From the NCBI RefSeq assembly GCF_964355755.1, contig NC_092672.1, positions 32,246,437 to 32,310,436 on the forward strand: a stretch of 64,000 nt of DNA. The letters run 5' to 3'. The translations under genes and the position numbers were made by a program. Position 1 is the first letter of the stretch; every line of letters starts with the position of its first letter. The notes below the pieces were generated by a model. The model did not search any database, was not told where the DNA came from, and was given only the letters and a program-made list of their open reading frames with translations. The DNA is from Antedon mediterranea (taxonomy: Eukaryota; Animalia; Echinodermata). Of this stretch, positions 14,609 to 27,974 are shown piece by piece.

Positions 14609-16009
14609 TTCACATACAGTGCACTGAAGTCCTTAAACAACTGACATGGGTGAACCACGTCGTCGTGCCATCGTACATGTAAACGCTCGAGTCAAAATTA
14701 CCTTTTCTCGACGTGGTGTTCCAACGCAAGATTTCACCCAGACTGTCCAGACAATGGAATCCCCTCTCTCCAGAGAGTAAACGTAACGCATGCGTTCAAA
14801 TACATATAAAACATGTTTCGATGTCGTTCACTATTATACCAGGCTTCTGTAAGTTATCACCCCGGGTCTCAGCTTCATTGGTAACTAACAAAAGGTTTTG
14901 ATTATAATTACAACTACAAGGTCTAGGTACACTACTTCAAATCGAGTTGCTATTGTGTTTAAGTAGCTTAGACCATCTAAACTTACAGTAATGCATTGTA
15001 TTCTTCTTGTCCATAAAGGATTATTTTCTACCACGGGTAAAGTAAGCTCTAAACACGAAAAAAAAAAACCGTCCTATCTTAATATTCATAGGACCGGTAT
15101 AACACTTTCAAAATAACTTTTATTCCGCTTTTCTTCTCAATAATATTTATCAATCAATATTTACAGCATATAACGAGCCGGACGAAATCCCAAAAAGTTA
15201 TAATCGGCCTTTTTTTTCTTTTTCATTCGACGACGAACAGTTTTTTTATTTCTTCTTCTTACTTCTTTTTGTTTTTGCACAATAACAATAAATTGTAAAC
15301 AAATCTGTGTCTCTTCCTTGCGAGTGAAAAAGGCACTGGTTACTCGGATCGGAGCCAGGAAAGGTAGGCCTATCGTTGCCAATGTTTAGTAAATAAAGAT
15401 ACTGTATAAGCAGTACAATTTGGGTTACACCCCGGGGACACTAACGGCTAGCTGCCTGCAGCAATAGCCCTAATATATTCAGGGGAAACTTAATATACAC
15501 AATACACACTGCTGATTTTTTTTAAGGTTGGAGACGCACCGCGACGTTTTACTACTACCTACTATAACTGCTTTGTGTTTTCAATTAAGTTGCTCTAATA
15601 CAGACGTATCCAGGTCCCCTCTTTAAAGTCGGCCACGTTGTACAGTGTGTGTATATTGTTATAATAATCTGTATGATGGTTAGAAACTATCTAGGAGGAT
15701 GGCTAGCGCTAATGGGACCTTTCACGCATAGAATCCACACTACCGTATTACGCACCCGAACCGACGGATAATTACGTCACCGCTAATATAAACAAATGTC
15801 GTGAATCAACCTAATATTATTTATCTTTTTCATCTTACACAACATATGATAATTTGGCAACCTTCCATATAATATATTATGAAGACTACAGAATGGTGTT
15901 TTATACTTGTAATTTTTCTGTTGAAATTATAAAAGCGAGTTCGTTGAATATAGTATCAATATAATTATCATACTCATGCTTATTACTATAAATAACATAA
16001 ACCACTCAC

Positions 16010-16083
16010 CTTTCCACCTCAGTGATAAGGATGACGGTTGCGCTAAATATGAGCTGAACTCCTCCTCTACGACACGAAAACAT
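16010..16083 (-). CDS. Candidate alternative first coding exon (distal) of the ECE-like gene, MFSCRRGGVQLIFSATVILITEVER
   Basis: ATG at 16083, 74 nt, strong donor AAG|GTGAGT, phase 2. Lies just downstream of a promoter-like region. Confidence 0.5.
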
Positions 16084-16199
16084 AAGTTTCTGAACAATCT
16101 CTAGACTCGAAACACACTAAATAGTCCACACTGTAAGTCTCCAAGATCCAACTATTCTTTACGAAAATTTTTGGTTCACAAGAGGGATAGTTCCTTGAA

Positions 16200-16620
16200 A
16201 TGTATGCTACCGTACTATATTTAGTCTGGATGGTGTTTGGGTGCGCAGGAACACCTATCGTCGGTCACAGCAAAGGCTTGCACGAGAGTCTGTAAACACT
16301 GACTTGACGTCACACAACAAATTGTAAACATTCAGAAGATAAAGTTAAAGGGCAGTGTTTACTCTGTGCACAAAGTCCACGGTGGTCGGAAATGTCCAAA
16401 TTGTGCCCATCAATAGAGGACAGCACACATGTAGGCCATATATATCCGAAAGATCATGCAACATTACGCGCGAACATTTTGAAAAGAAGTAGCCATAATG
16501 TGTGCTTATATGCGTATATTTATTGCTATATTGGCGTGTCATACTTTACAAACAACCAATCAAATCGTATAATCTTCAGGGCGGTAATGTGTGACACCGT
16601 GAAATAGCCGTCGTCGAGTA
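16200..16620. promoter_or_regulatory. Putative divergent promoter between the ECE-like gene and PPP1R35
   Basis: Full CRE TGACGTCA 16305-16312, two TGTAAACA forkhead motifs (about 16291 and 16323), CCAAT at about 16556, GGGCGG at about 16579. Flanked by oppositely oriented splice donors at 16009(-) and 16717(+). Confidence 0.45.
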
Positions 16621-16940
16621 GATTTTGTAAGAAAATTTACCATAAATAGCAGGGAGTACACTGTAACTCCGTAAATACTAGGCCCTATATGTTTATAAAA
16701 ACACAATGTGAATATTGTAAGTTTACTTTATACATTACTAATTGAGAAAAGACCTAATAGCTAGGGCCTACCTATGCCCAGAAGTTTTCGAGTAGTCTAG
16801 TCTAGCCTAGGCCTAGGCCTATCTATTCTAAAATATTAGAACAGGCTAGAATTGAAGGAGGAACGGACGCGGCTGTGCTGATATTAGTCGAGTAGCAAGG
16901 CCTACTGCTGTAGTGTCAAGGCTACATAGTAGCTAAGTAG

Positions 16941-17766
16941 GGATTAGGCCAAGTTGAGCCGCCGACAAGTTGAGCCGCCGCCAGAAAAACGTTATTTTCT
17001 ATGAAACGCCAAATGCTTACTTTCGCCGGTGCTCGTTTCTATTTAATAGAAGTTCTATTTATATTAATTATTAGATATAATAACGATGTATATTCCAAAG
17101 TTTATATATCACGGTTTTTAGTATATATTATTAAATATTATAATTAAAGAGAAATAATTATGAATATCTGACTTGTTTGTAGATTCCAAAATATAAGGCC
17201 TAAAACATGACCGAAAGTGATCGTTTTTAGCCAAAAATGACGTAAACATGTTTCCCCCTTAGGCGGCAGTTGTATGAACTAGGCCTACTCCATTTTTCGG
17301 TAAAATAATTGCATAAAATCACCGTTTTTTAGTAAAATATTCTGTGTATTAACATTGTAAAATTCAATCAAATATGATATTAAAAGATAGTAGATAAAAA
17401 ATAATAATTATTTAACCTCATTCGAAGAGTATCAATACTCTATTACTTATTAGTCCTGAGAGACAACGTGATTTTACGCGAGAAAAATATTATGGAGTGC
17501 ACTGCATTTTTACCTTGAAAGATTAAAAACAATTAAATTATTAAATATGACTACTTTCCTTTGCTGTGTTGTTATGGCGGTTCAAACCAACAAAATTGTA
17601 GTATGTAATTATTATTTATTTTCATGACACAATAAACCTAAAGACCATGAACTTATGTACTAGGAAACCCCTCTATCACTACGCGAAATGTCGTAAAAGA
17701 CGCACTGGGCGTTTCATAGAAATTACCGGCGGCTCAACTTGTCGGCGGCCCAACCGGTCATATCCC
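16941..17766. mobile_element. 826-bp non-autonomous TIR element with 8-9-bp TSD (Mutator/Merlin-like) in putative intron 1 of PPP1R35
   Basis: CCAAGTTGAGCCGCCGACAAGTTGAGCCGCCG at left and CGGCGGCTCAACTTGTCGGCGGCCCAAC at right. CTAAGTAG on both flanks (16933-16940, 17767-17774). Confidence 0.75.
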
Positions 17767-18256
17767 CTAAGTAGTACTAGGCATACTACTAGCTTAGTTA
17801 GACTAGCTAAGGATAGTTAGTATATTAGTAGTAGACCTAACTTAACCTAGCTAGGCCCCTAATAAGGAGGCCTCTATCTAATAAGAGAAGACTAGGCGGC
17901 CTACTAGAAATAATTAATAATAATATATATTATATCTAGAATAAAATAGGCCTGGCCTAGGCCTAGATTTTTCAATTTTATAATAGACCAGATATTTTTT
18001 TTAGTACAAACAACAAAATCCTGATCCTGTTATTGTATGTATGATTTTAAATGCTTATTATAAGATAATAAGATAAGATGCCCTCTAGCCTAGAGAAAAT
18101 TCTTATTTATCTCAGCAACATTATTCTAAATAGTAAAAAAATATTTATTTTGTTTTATTTTAGGGAGTGATTTGATACTACCTGTAATGATGTCCAATAA
18201 TTTGGTAATCATTTCTTCCAAGTCTTCTTAAAATCTTTACACAAGTACATTGAAGA

Positions 18257-19605
18257 ATGGCAGCAAATGCGACTGATTCGTTGTTGGACGATGGCCTCCC
18301 GCTTCTACCTTCAGTGAAAGTCCCAACGCCAATTCTACGCCCTTCATCTCCATTTGGCTCTGACCCTGTACTGAATGTCACCCCGGAGAAGAGCAATCCA
18401 TTCGGACAGTTTAGTAGAAAAGGAAAGGCAAAATGTCATGTACATTTTTTATTGGAGGGTCAGAGTTCAAAGCATCAATCTGGGAAGGATATATTTGCTG
18501 AGATTAAACATCCAAAAAGAGGAAAGTCTAATAAACATAAAGATCACAATGCAAATAAGTCATCTAACTATAGACATCAATTCATTTCTGAATCTAGAAA
18601 AAAGACTGGCTCAGCAGCCAATGAAAAAGAAAGTGCAAAAACTCAACCAAGACATGATGGCACGATATATAACGCAAATTTACAAGCCCCACAACTGCAT
18701 TCCACAGGTGCACTAGAACAGAGGCTACACAATATTGAATTAGAAGAATTTAATGTTGAGGGCGCTGTTGCAAAGATGCTGGAGCAAACCGAAAGTGTAA
18801 GAAACGAGTTTTCCGAACGAATAGCTGAAGCAGTAAATGTTCCGAAAGACTACAAAAAATATTCTGGTAAATACTGTACATTACATTCGTACTTAGTATA
18901 ATAATAAGACACGCATTGATTTGAACGTAACCATACCCCGTAACCAAATTCAGTAAATATTTTATCACTTTGGTGTTCTTATCTATTTTTCAGGATTAGT
19001 GAGTATAGATGTTCCAGCAGATGGAGTAGGAAACTATGTGGTTGAAGAAAAGATAACAAGGCCAAGAAGAGGCAAGAAAAAGCAATCTGCTAAGGTACAG
19101 TCATTGACCTTATTATACCGCCTAGAGGTAGCTGTTGATGCCCCCTTCAAATTGTATTTATTGTATATTCTTTATTTTGACGAGCAATGAATTTCCTTTT
19201 TGAGGATCAATAAAAGTTATCTTATCTTCCACCCACAGACTTATCTTAATCCTTTGAATTGTTGTTCAGTATAATCCATAGCTACTAGTGTCTGTTACCT
19301 AAAGCTCTGACATCATGTCCATATATGGGCACATTTTTATGTCACATAAAGTTTGATAGTGTAGACAGGGCTTTAGTATATGAATGTTTTATTTATAAAC
19401 TGTATAATATCAACAATATATTTTCTTGCAGCCTTCAACTTCCAAAGAACCGGATATAATGGAGTGTTTCCGACCAGACTTGGTGACAGATGTGGCTGAC
19501 TTGTCCTCTGCGAGTCGTTTACCGCACTATAAGATCAAACCGACTGTTGTGCCTGTTGATTCTGCATTTGATATATACAGGCATATTCAACAATGGCAGT
19601 CTTAA
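18257..19605 (+). CDS. PPP1R35: Protein phosphatase 1 regulatory subunit 35 homolog (centriolar protein), 294 aa; exons 18257-18866, 18994-19094, 19432-19605
   Basis: GT-AG introns join in frame (885 nt). APQLHST..EEFNVEGAV..EAVNVPKDYKKYSGLVSIDVP..PDIM..DSAFDIYRHIQQWQS matches the recalled PPP1R35 C-terminal domain ([48 protein letters not shown]). AATAAA at about 19625. Probable non-coding exon ends at 16716 with acceptor at 18163. Confidence 0.85.
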
Positions 19606-21271
19606 ATTAATGTTTTTTTTTTAAAATAAATAAAAAAAATTGTATAAATGCCTGTTTTCTAAATGATGGATTTTTTGCTGTGTGAATTTTTTATAAAGAA
19701 TAACCTTAATCTACACTTGCAAACTTTTGTTGTTTTTTTTTTTGCAACTTGATCCCTAGATGTATATCGGAGGAGAAGTTGGGAGTGGGGAGACACAATT
19801 TCCTTTGCTTAGACTATTATACAGAGAGGCGTGTGTCCAATTACCTACCACATAATGCTGAGACTTAGTACAATGAGCTCCTAACAGCTCATTCCTCTAC
19901 ATTCAGAAATGAATATGGGACTTGTATACATTGTTGTTTTGCATTTATTTTGTAAAATCTTCATACTTTATAGAAAAATGTATTTATAATGCCATTTTTG
20001 AAACTCTGATTAATACAAATGAATGAGATTAATTGTGATTTGTACATTGTAGTATTAAATAAACATTTACTGTACCACTTCAGTAATGAAAATACTGAAT
20101 TGACTGAATATATTTACAGTATAAAGCAGAATAGATTTGACCCACATTCAATATGTGTTAAAAAGAAAATTTTATATGAATAAAAATACTTGCACTCACC
20201 CTGCAAAGTTTGGAATTTCTTTCAATTCAATAAAATTATTATCCCAAACTTTGGAACATTTGGTTTGAAAAGCACACACATATCCAAGCACAACGATCTT
20301 GATTTGTGTATATTGTGTTTATATACAGTATGACATGCAGCCTCAACAGAGGCCTTTGGGAACCAAACAGTGTCCTCTAAGTAGGGGCAAGGTTTGTTGT
20401 ATTGTGTAGTACTTCAAAGTAGCTTTGCGTCCTGTAGCTAAGTTTCAGTCAAATTTGTCCCTACTCTGTATGCAGTACTGTGTATATTAATTGAGTACAG
20501 TGAAAAATAATTAAAGTACAACTGTAAATAATCTGACCTGATCCAAAATTAGTTGGTTTTTTTGCCGTAATTGTTTCGAGTCTTCAGGGTCTGTCATCGT
20601 TTTCCTGGTTTTTCATACTGTTTTTTTGTTCAAATCTATACTGTATACAGTCATGCATTATAATGCAACTTTATACCGTCTTTATTATGCAACTTATTCG
20701 TCTACGTACATCTAATTACCATGTACTCACTGGGATCAATGTACAGTAGTATCAAAGATAAAGTACGGTACTGGTCTATTTATTTATTAATTTAGTCAAA
20801 TTGTTGATGTGCACTTTGATACAAGTCTAGTCGAGGTTTTGACTTAAGTAAAAAGATAAATATTTTGGCACATATGGCGTTTCATATGTAAACTACTTGA
20901 GCTTGTATTTTCATGCAAACATCGAAAGGCCAACTGGTGGAATAACACAAAAATTAAATAAATACAGACTTGGGGCAAGTCTAGGATACAATATATACCG
21001 TTCAAATAATGATAATGCATACATGCATCTCGAGACAATAAACGACAATACAATGATATAAAATGATAACTATGATAATCTTTATTAAAAGTACTGAATT
21101 ATTAGAACACCTCGAACCAAAAACACTATTTTACAACACCATACCATATTTCAGCGTGCCATAGATAACATATCCATAACTTTCTAATATAGTGGGCAAC
21201 TTTCCAGAAATGAATGTAGTAGAATCCATATTAAGAAGCCACCTTCAGGACCCAACAAAGTGTCCCCTTAA

Positions 21272-23918
21272 TAGTCCATGGGATTTAGACTTTTAACTCA
21301 CACAAATTGCAAGAAAAGGTTTTTTTGATGAAATGTGTTCTTTAGACCCTACTGAAGACATTTATCAACGTTAGGACATTTTTCGACAACGGGAAGTAGC
21401 CTAATTTGCATAATTAAAAATGGCGGCCATTTTTAATAACGTACTATGTATCTTGGAAACCGCTAGTCACAGATACTTAATTATGGTGTTAAAATCGTTA
21501 GAATATATGTATTTATATTCACTTTAATGAAAAAGTTTGTCCAAAAATGAATGGAAGTGCTTTTTCTAACATTATTGACCTTTGACCTTGATTTATCATA
21601 TCTCAGCAACCACTAATCGGAGATATACAAATTAGGGCTTAAATTGTTCAGAAACTACACATTTATATCCAGTCTAATGGCATGTTTTTGCAAAAAATGG
21701 CGGATTCTAACATTATTGACCTTTGACCTTGAGTTATCATATCTTAGCAACCACTAATAGGAGAGACACAAAATGTGGCTCAAAATGTTCAGAAACTACA
21801 CATTTATATTTAGTCTAATGGCATGTTTTTGCAAAAAATGGCCGATTCTAACATTATTGACCTTTGAACTTTACACTACATAAAATCGCATAACTTTGAA
21901 AATATTGTACATATGAAATTATTTTTAGTGTCAAATTGTTCAAAACATACATGTTTCTATAGAGTCCAATGACACATTTTGTCCAATAATGGCCTATTGT
22001 ATGGTTATTAACATTTGAACTATATTTGAAAAGGATTTAAACCCGGAATCTTCTTCATGTAGGCATTCATTAGAACATGTGATTTGGCACTACCGTACTT
22101 GTTGTTTAGAATATGGTGGTAATTTAAAGTGCATGTAACCAGTTGATTTAATTTAGTTACTGAAAATATTCACTTTAAAAAAAATATTAGACTATGTATA
22201 CATACATTATAGGTTTGGATTATTAATAAATTTTAAATTAGGTCTTACATCTTACTCAGGAGAAAGTTGGTGTTCACACTATTAACAGAGCCAACAAAGA
22301 TGTCGTTTTTTTATGATATATTGTACATACTTTAAATAGGCCATGTCATTTTGCAGGTTTATTAAAGTTTTTTTCAAATTAGTAATTTATTTTTCGATCA
22401 AATTAAATTGGCATTAAATGGCATATTCAACAAACAAATTTCTAAAGATTATTTAGTTTATACAGGGAGTTGTCTAATAACAACTCCCTGGTTTATATTT
22501 TGTGTTAAGGATAGCATCACTCTTGAGGGCATTCTTTTAGGTTGAAACATAGTCTTATTAAGAAGGCCTTTTCTACTACTAGACGCATTGTTGACAACTG
22601 GAATTTTAAAAGATCGATATTAATGCAACATATTTAGTTTAGTTTAAATTGGCTATCGAGACTCATAATTAGGCTGACCACCACTTGCAATATTTTTACC
22701 GTATACAGTAAAAACCTCAGTTTCTTATGGAATTTATTTATTATTTCAATATAAACCATTATTATACAGTATGACTACTAGTGGTGTATAGTTTTTAACC
22801 TTTTATAATTTGTTTTTGTACTTTTTTTACGTGAATGTATTGTGTATGTACCATGTTTCTATGTGGTTTAATTTTTACCATTTTTAACCATCAATTTTAA
22901 TGCTTTTAATATAATTATCTTGTAATTCAGCTTCAGCTGCGAAGACAATAAGAAATAAAATAAACAAACGTGTAAACTTGTAGGCAGTTTATGGATGAAT
23001 GCAATAGTTTATGCTTATAAATTTAATGTACCAATGGCCTACTTTAAACTAAACATAATAAGTCAACGTTGCAACTCTTACATTTTAGAGTGCCAAATCA
23101 CATGTTCTAATGGATGTCCATATAAAGAAGATTCCGGGTTTAAATCCTTTTCAAATATCGTTCAAATGTTAATAACCATACAATAGGCCATTATTGTACA
23201 TAATGTGTTATTGGACTCTATAGAAACATGTATGTTCTGAACAATTTGACACTAAAAATAATTTCATATGTACAATATTTTCAAAGTTATGCGATTTTAT
23301 GTAGTGTAAAGTTCAAAGGTCAATAATGTTAGAATCGGCCATTTTTTGCAAAAACATGCCATTAGACTAAATATAAATGTGTAGTTTCTGAACATTTTGA
23401 GCCATATTTTGTGTCTCTCCTATTAGTGGTTGCTAAGATATGATAACTCAAGGTCAAAGGTCAATAATGTTAGAATCCGCCATTTTTTGCAAAAACATGC
23501 CATTAGACTGGATATAAATGTGTAGTTTCTGAACAATTTAAGCCCTAATTTGTATATCTCCGATTAGTGGTTGCTGAGATATGATAAATCAAGGTCAAAG
23601 GTCAATAATGTTAGAAAAAGCACTTCCATTCATTTTTGGACAAACTTTTTCATTAAAGTGAATATAAATACATATATTCTAACGATTTTAACACCATAAT
23701 TAAGTATCTGTGACTAGCGGTTTCCAAGATACATAGTACGTTATTCAAAATGGCCGCCATTTTTAATTATGCAAATTAGGCTACTTCCCGTTGTCGAAAA
23801 ATGTCCTAACGTTGATAAATGTCTTCAGTAGGGTCTAAAGAACACATTTCATCAAAAAAACCTTTTCTTGCAATTTGTGTGAGAAAAGGGTCATTTTTTA
23901 GCTAAATCCCATGGACTA
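21272..23918. mobile_element. 2.65-kb non-autonomous DNA transposon with about 820-bp TIRs (Academ-like or Harbinger-like)
   Basis: TAA|TAGTCCATGGGATTTAG ... CTAAATCCCATGGACTA|TAA. 21272-~22090 is the near-perfect reverse complement of ~23090-23918. Each arm has three ~122-bp subrepeats (CTAACATTATTGACCTTTGA). No transposase ORF. Confidence 0.9.
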
Positions 23919-25435
23919 TAATGGGGGTTGATATTTACAGTTCAAACATCCCTGTAATTAGGTTAGATTTATGAACATATAAATATATTCCGACCTTAAA
24001 ATTTATGGTTGAGGACTTTACATGCATAACAAGGAAACGATTTGTTTTTTTCAAATGTAGAATTAAAATAGAAAATTATTTAATTAATTCACTATTGATG
24101 TAATGCGGTGGGAACTTTCTTATTTGGGAAACATAATACACCAGAGCAGGTTTCAGAGACCTAGGTATCCCCACCCCTGGTTGGCTCATTAGGGACAGGA
24201 CGGTTAGGGGTGGACGACGAATATCCCTTGTTCGCTAGAGCGTAAAATGTTGACACATAGCCGTTATTAGTTGCACACCCTTTTGCGCGAAGAGGACCGG
24301 CAGTATCTCTCTCCTTCTCCTGTCTCACGGCGCGCCCTTCTGAATTGCTTGGCTCTGGTGATACAGCATAGGCCTAGCAGCCTTCCTAGATAGGGTCCTC
24401 GCATTCAAACGCCGCGCAAAATGTATCGCTTTTAAGATTTTAACTCCATAAAAATGATATTAAATTAGAAGTTCAAATATTATTTAGAGTTTTGAAAATA
24501 CCACTTTTGAGTGTAATTTGAACTGTATATTTAAGGTTATAAATGTACATTATTGTTAAGTTAAGACTGAGGTTATAAATGTACATTATTATTAAGTTAA
24601 GTTAAGACTGAATTTCACGCTGAGCACCGTCCTGTGGCCTCCCATTCTGTTTCCTAAAGTTCATATTTACTGTAGTACAGTATTGTCCTACAAAATAGTG
24701 ATTTATTTTTTTGTACATCTTACCTATTTAAAATTCATGCTAAAAATAATAAGAACCTGATAAAATAAAATTAATCATCACAAAGTATTAATGTATTTCA
24801 ATGCTTATTCATTTACGCTAATATGAATAATAATTTCAGAGAAAACAATAAATGAGGGATAGTTGCACCAAAGTTCTACATGATCTGAAATACATAGTTG
24901 GTAATACTCTCTCCAATCATCAGCTGCATTAAAACACTTGATAATACTTCAGGTTCATTCCATATCTACAAAAGTAAACAAAGACAAATACAATATATTA
25001 CCGATAAATAATAAACACTAGTTCTTCTATTCACCTTGCTGTATCTAGGCAAGTGCTGTGATACAAGACACAAGTGCATCACATATTACACTACATTTAT
25101 ATATGTATGTATGTAGTATATTCTAGCAGTATATCTAGATATGAAGGCAAAATGGGTTGAATAGAGGGATTTTTTTCTGTCCAAATACTACACCATTTTA
25201 CCCTTATGAATACAGTATATAATATTTATATTTTATATGATACATACAAGCCCCCCTGCCCCAGCTTCTATTAATTAATGTAGCCTTACTCTCTCAGTCT
25301 TTAGTGTTATTTGATAACATACCTAAATTAATTATCTAATCAAAAACTTTGGTTTCGAAATTCGGTTTTTGGGTTTATCACATCACCTGTAAGTCTCATT
25401 GCGAATCACACATTTCACACACACACAATCTTGCA

Positions 25436-25467
25436 TCAACGCCAGTCCCGATGACGATCGTAACGTT
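25436..25467 (-). CDS. TARDBP: Candidate alternative terminal coding exon of TDP-43 (ERYDRHRDWR*)
   Basis: Strong acceptor cattcttttctctttttccAG (25469-25468). In frame with the phase-1 donors at 28722 and 28354. Followed by (TG)6 at 25427-25416. Confidence 0.6.
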
Positions 25468-26574
25468 CTGGAAAAAGAGAAAAGAATGTTTTGATACAGC
25501 AGATAAAATCCTAAATAAATCTTAAGGTAACAGGCATATATACCGATAAAGTTAAGTATAAAATGAGTGAGAAAAGATGTTTTGATAAATAAAATCCTGA
25601 ATAACTCTTAGGATAACAGGCACACATAATAATAAAGTTAAGTACAAAATGAGTGCTTGGACTATTCAGTTCAAATACTAGTTCAAAGTACAAAGATCAA
25701 GGCATAAACTTTGGTGGTGCAGACTTATTTTTACATTACAAGCGATGATGAATTTTCACTTTGAATGCAAAAATGAATGTTTATTTTTTAATATAGTGTA
25801 GGATGCCTTACTAAATTAGTGGTCAAATATATGTGAAATAGAGGTCAAAGGTAAAAAGCTTTGATTTAAAAAGTTAATACTCATATTGATACATGATCCA
25901 AATATTCATATTTGGCCAATTTAAGTTTCTAAGGTTTTATATAAATTATTCTTACAGAATTGATTAATTTGATATTGTGATTGATTGAAAAATATGAATA
26001 ACCAATTACAGTAAATCATACTTAAGATAATCAATATTGCATTTGCATATCATTTACATGTCATTAATTTGATAACTGTGATTAATTGGATAAAATATGA
26101 ATAACCATCTACTGTATCATTTTCCAATATGTTTTCCTATCATTTTTAACCAATATAATCAATTTCAATTCTCTTCAAAATTATACTTCCATGCATTTCT
26201 ATGTTCAAAATATGAATTTAAACAAATTATTTTTTATGTAAAATATTATTCTTGATATACACATTCATCACCACACAAGTAATATAAATACTCACATATT
26301 TTCGTCCATACAGTATTTTTTAAACTTTCTCATCACCGGCCTCTTAGCCCACCATATCCAGACAATATTTCACTCATCGCAAATGTTCGTAGGAAGAAAC
26401 AATGCAATAACGATCACCCACTTTAAAATAGCAACATCTTCCTCTTCTGTTGACAATAACTGCCTCTTGTTTTCTTTCATTTACACAACCATCAATTTAA
26501 TCATCTCTGGTTAAATCTTCTCGCAACCTGTCTAAAACCGTACTTGCCCCTACCTTCAACTATCAGTTGTAAAT

Positions 26575-26906
26575 ATCCCAACATTCCCTGCCATAAGGTC
26601 ACAGTTCAGATTTTTCTCAAATACTGTACAAACAACCGCATCTGCTCTCATGTTTTAGCAGGACATATCCCAACATTCTCTTCATTTCCTGTCATAAGGT
26701 CAGAGTTCAGGTTTCTCTCTAATTACCATATTCTACACATGTGTACGAAAACCCACTAAACATCTGCTCTCATGTTTTAGCAGGTCATATCCCAACATTC
26801 TCTTCATTTCCTGTCATAAGGTCATAGTTCAGGTTTCTCTCTAATTACCATTATTCTACACATGTGTACGAAAGCCCACTAAACATCTGCTCCCATGTTT
26901 TAGCAG
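26575..26906. repeat. About 123-bp tandem duplication (2.5-3 copies) in the TDP-43 3' region
   Basis: CATCTGCTC(T/C)CATGTTTTAGCAG at 26639, 26761 and 26884. Confidence 0.8.
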
Positions 26907-27974
26907 CTCATTGCATCCGCAAAATAAACACAATGCACAAACACACGATCACGTCTATCACAAAAATCATCATTTATTATACAGCATTGTGTCGTTCGTG
27001 CTTCGCTCCTAGAAACAACTACGACCATAGCACGCACTTCATGATTTTCATCTTTTAACAATCGCACTACAACTTAACATATAAACAATATAAAAGTAAA
27101 CAAGTTTTATTGGCAACCTGTAAACCACATCATCTTTTCCGTACCATTTTTTAGCCACCTTTTAAAATGTTCTCACAATTTCGCCGACAATATATGAAAT
27201 ATCCATTCTCAATCTTCGCTTGAACACATTGACAAATTATTTTTACACCCTTACATCTTCTATTGAGTTCTTTCAACATACGGACAAATACGTATACATA
27301 TATTATTTTTTTTAAATGATACTGTACCACCTACAAACCTCACCGACATTTCCCACAATTCTGAGTATTATAAACCCTAAAACTAACAAATTACAATAAC
27401 TGTAAACAATTTAACTGCAACTCCAGCTAACAATTTGAGTAAGACACTTTGAGTCAAGCATATTCATGATAAATATGCAAATAATATTAAAATTGAAAAT
27501 GAATTACTTAATGTTTTACTGTACAGCTTGATTAAATTACCAATAAAATAATAATTATTTCAATCTCTTTAAATAACTTGTTATCAGCCACTATCCTTCC
27601 TAATATTTTTATGTTTATATGTCATCTTTATTTAATTTTAGTTAGTGTATTTCAGATATTAGAGGGTAGAAGCATACAAACTCGGTAAAAACAGAGGGTA
27701 AGTAAAAAGTACAGTAGTATATTTGATAAAAATCCTTCTTTCATGAATTTTTTAAAATATAAACATCTTTCGTACATTAATCTCAATACAACATTAAAAA
27801 CACACACTTAAATATCCTCACTATTTTTCTTGCTTTTAAATTGGAACTAAAATAGGGCAATTAAAAATGCACTGTGTTTCGGATCTAACGACCATTACTG
27901 TAGTTTAATAGTTTATATGCTGAAACATTGCTTAATATCAACATTTTGGATTCATTACAAGAGATGTTGATTAT

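Noticed and set aside
3610-16607. Numerous 60-100-aa ORFs
   Set aside because: AT-rich intronic and MITE sequence with no recognisable domains or splice-consistent structure.
24190-24640. Possible TIR element (ACAGGACGGT / ACCGTCCTGT)
   Set aside because: Only a 10-bp inverted match and no convincing TSD.
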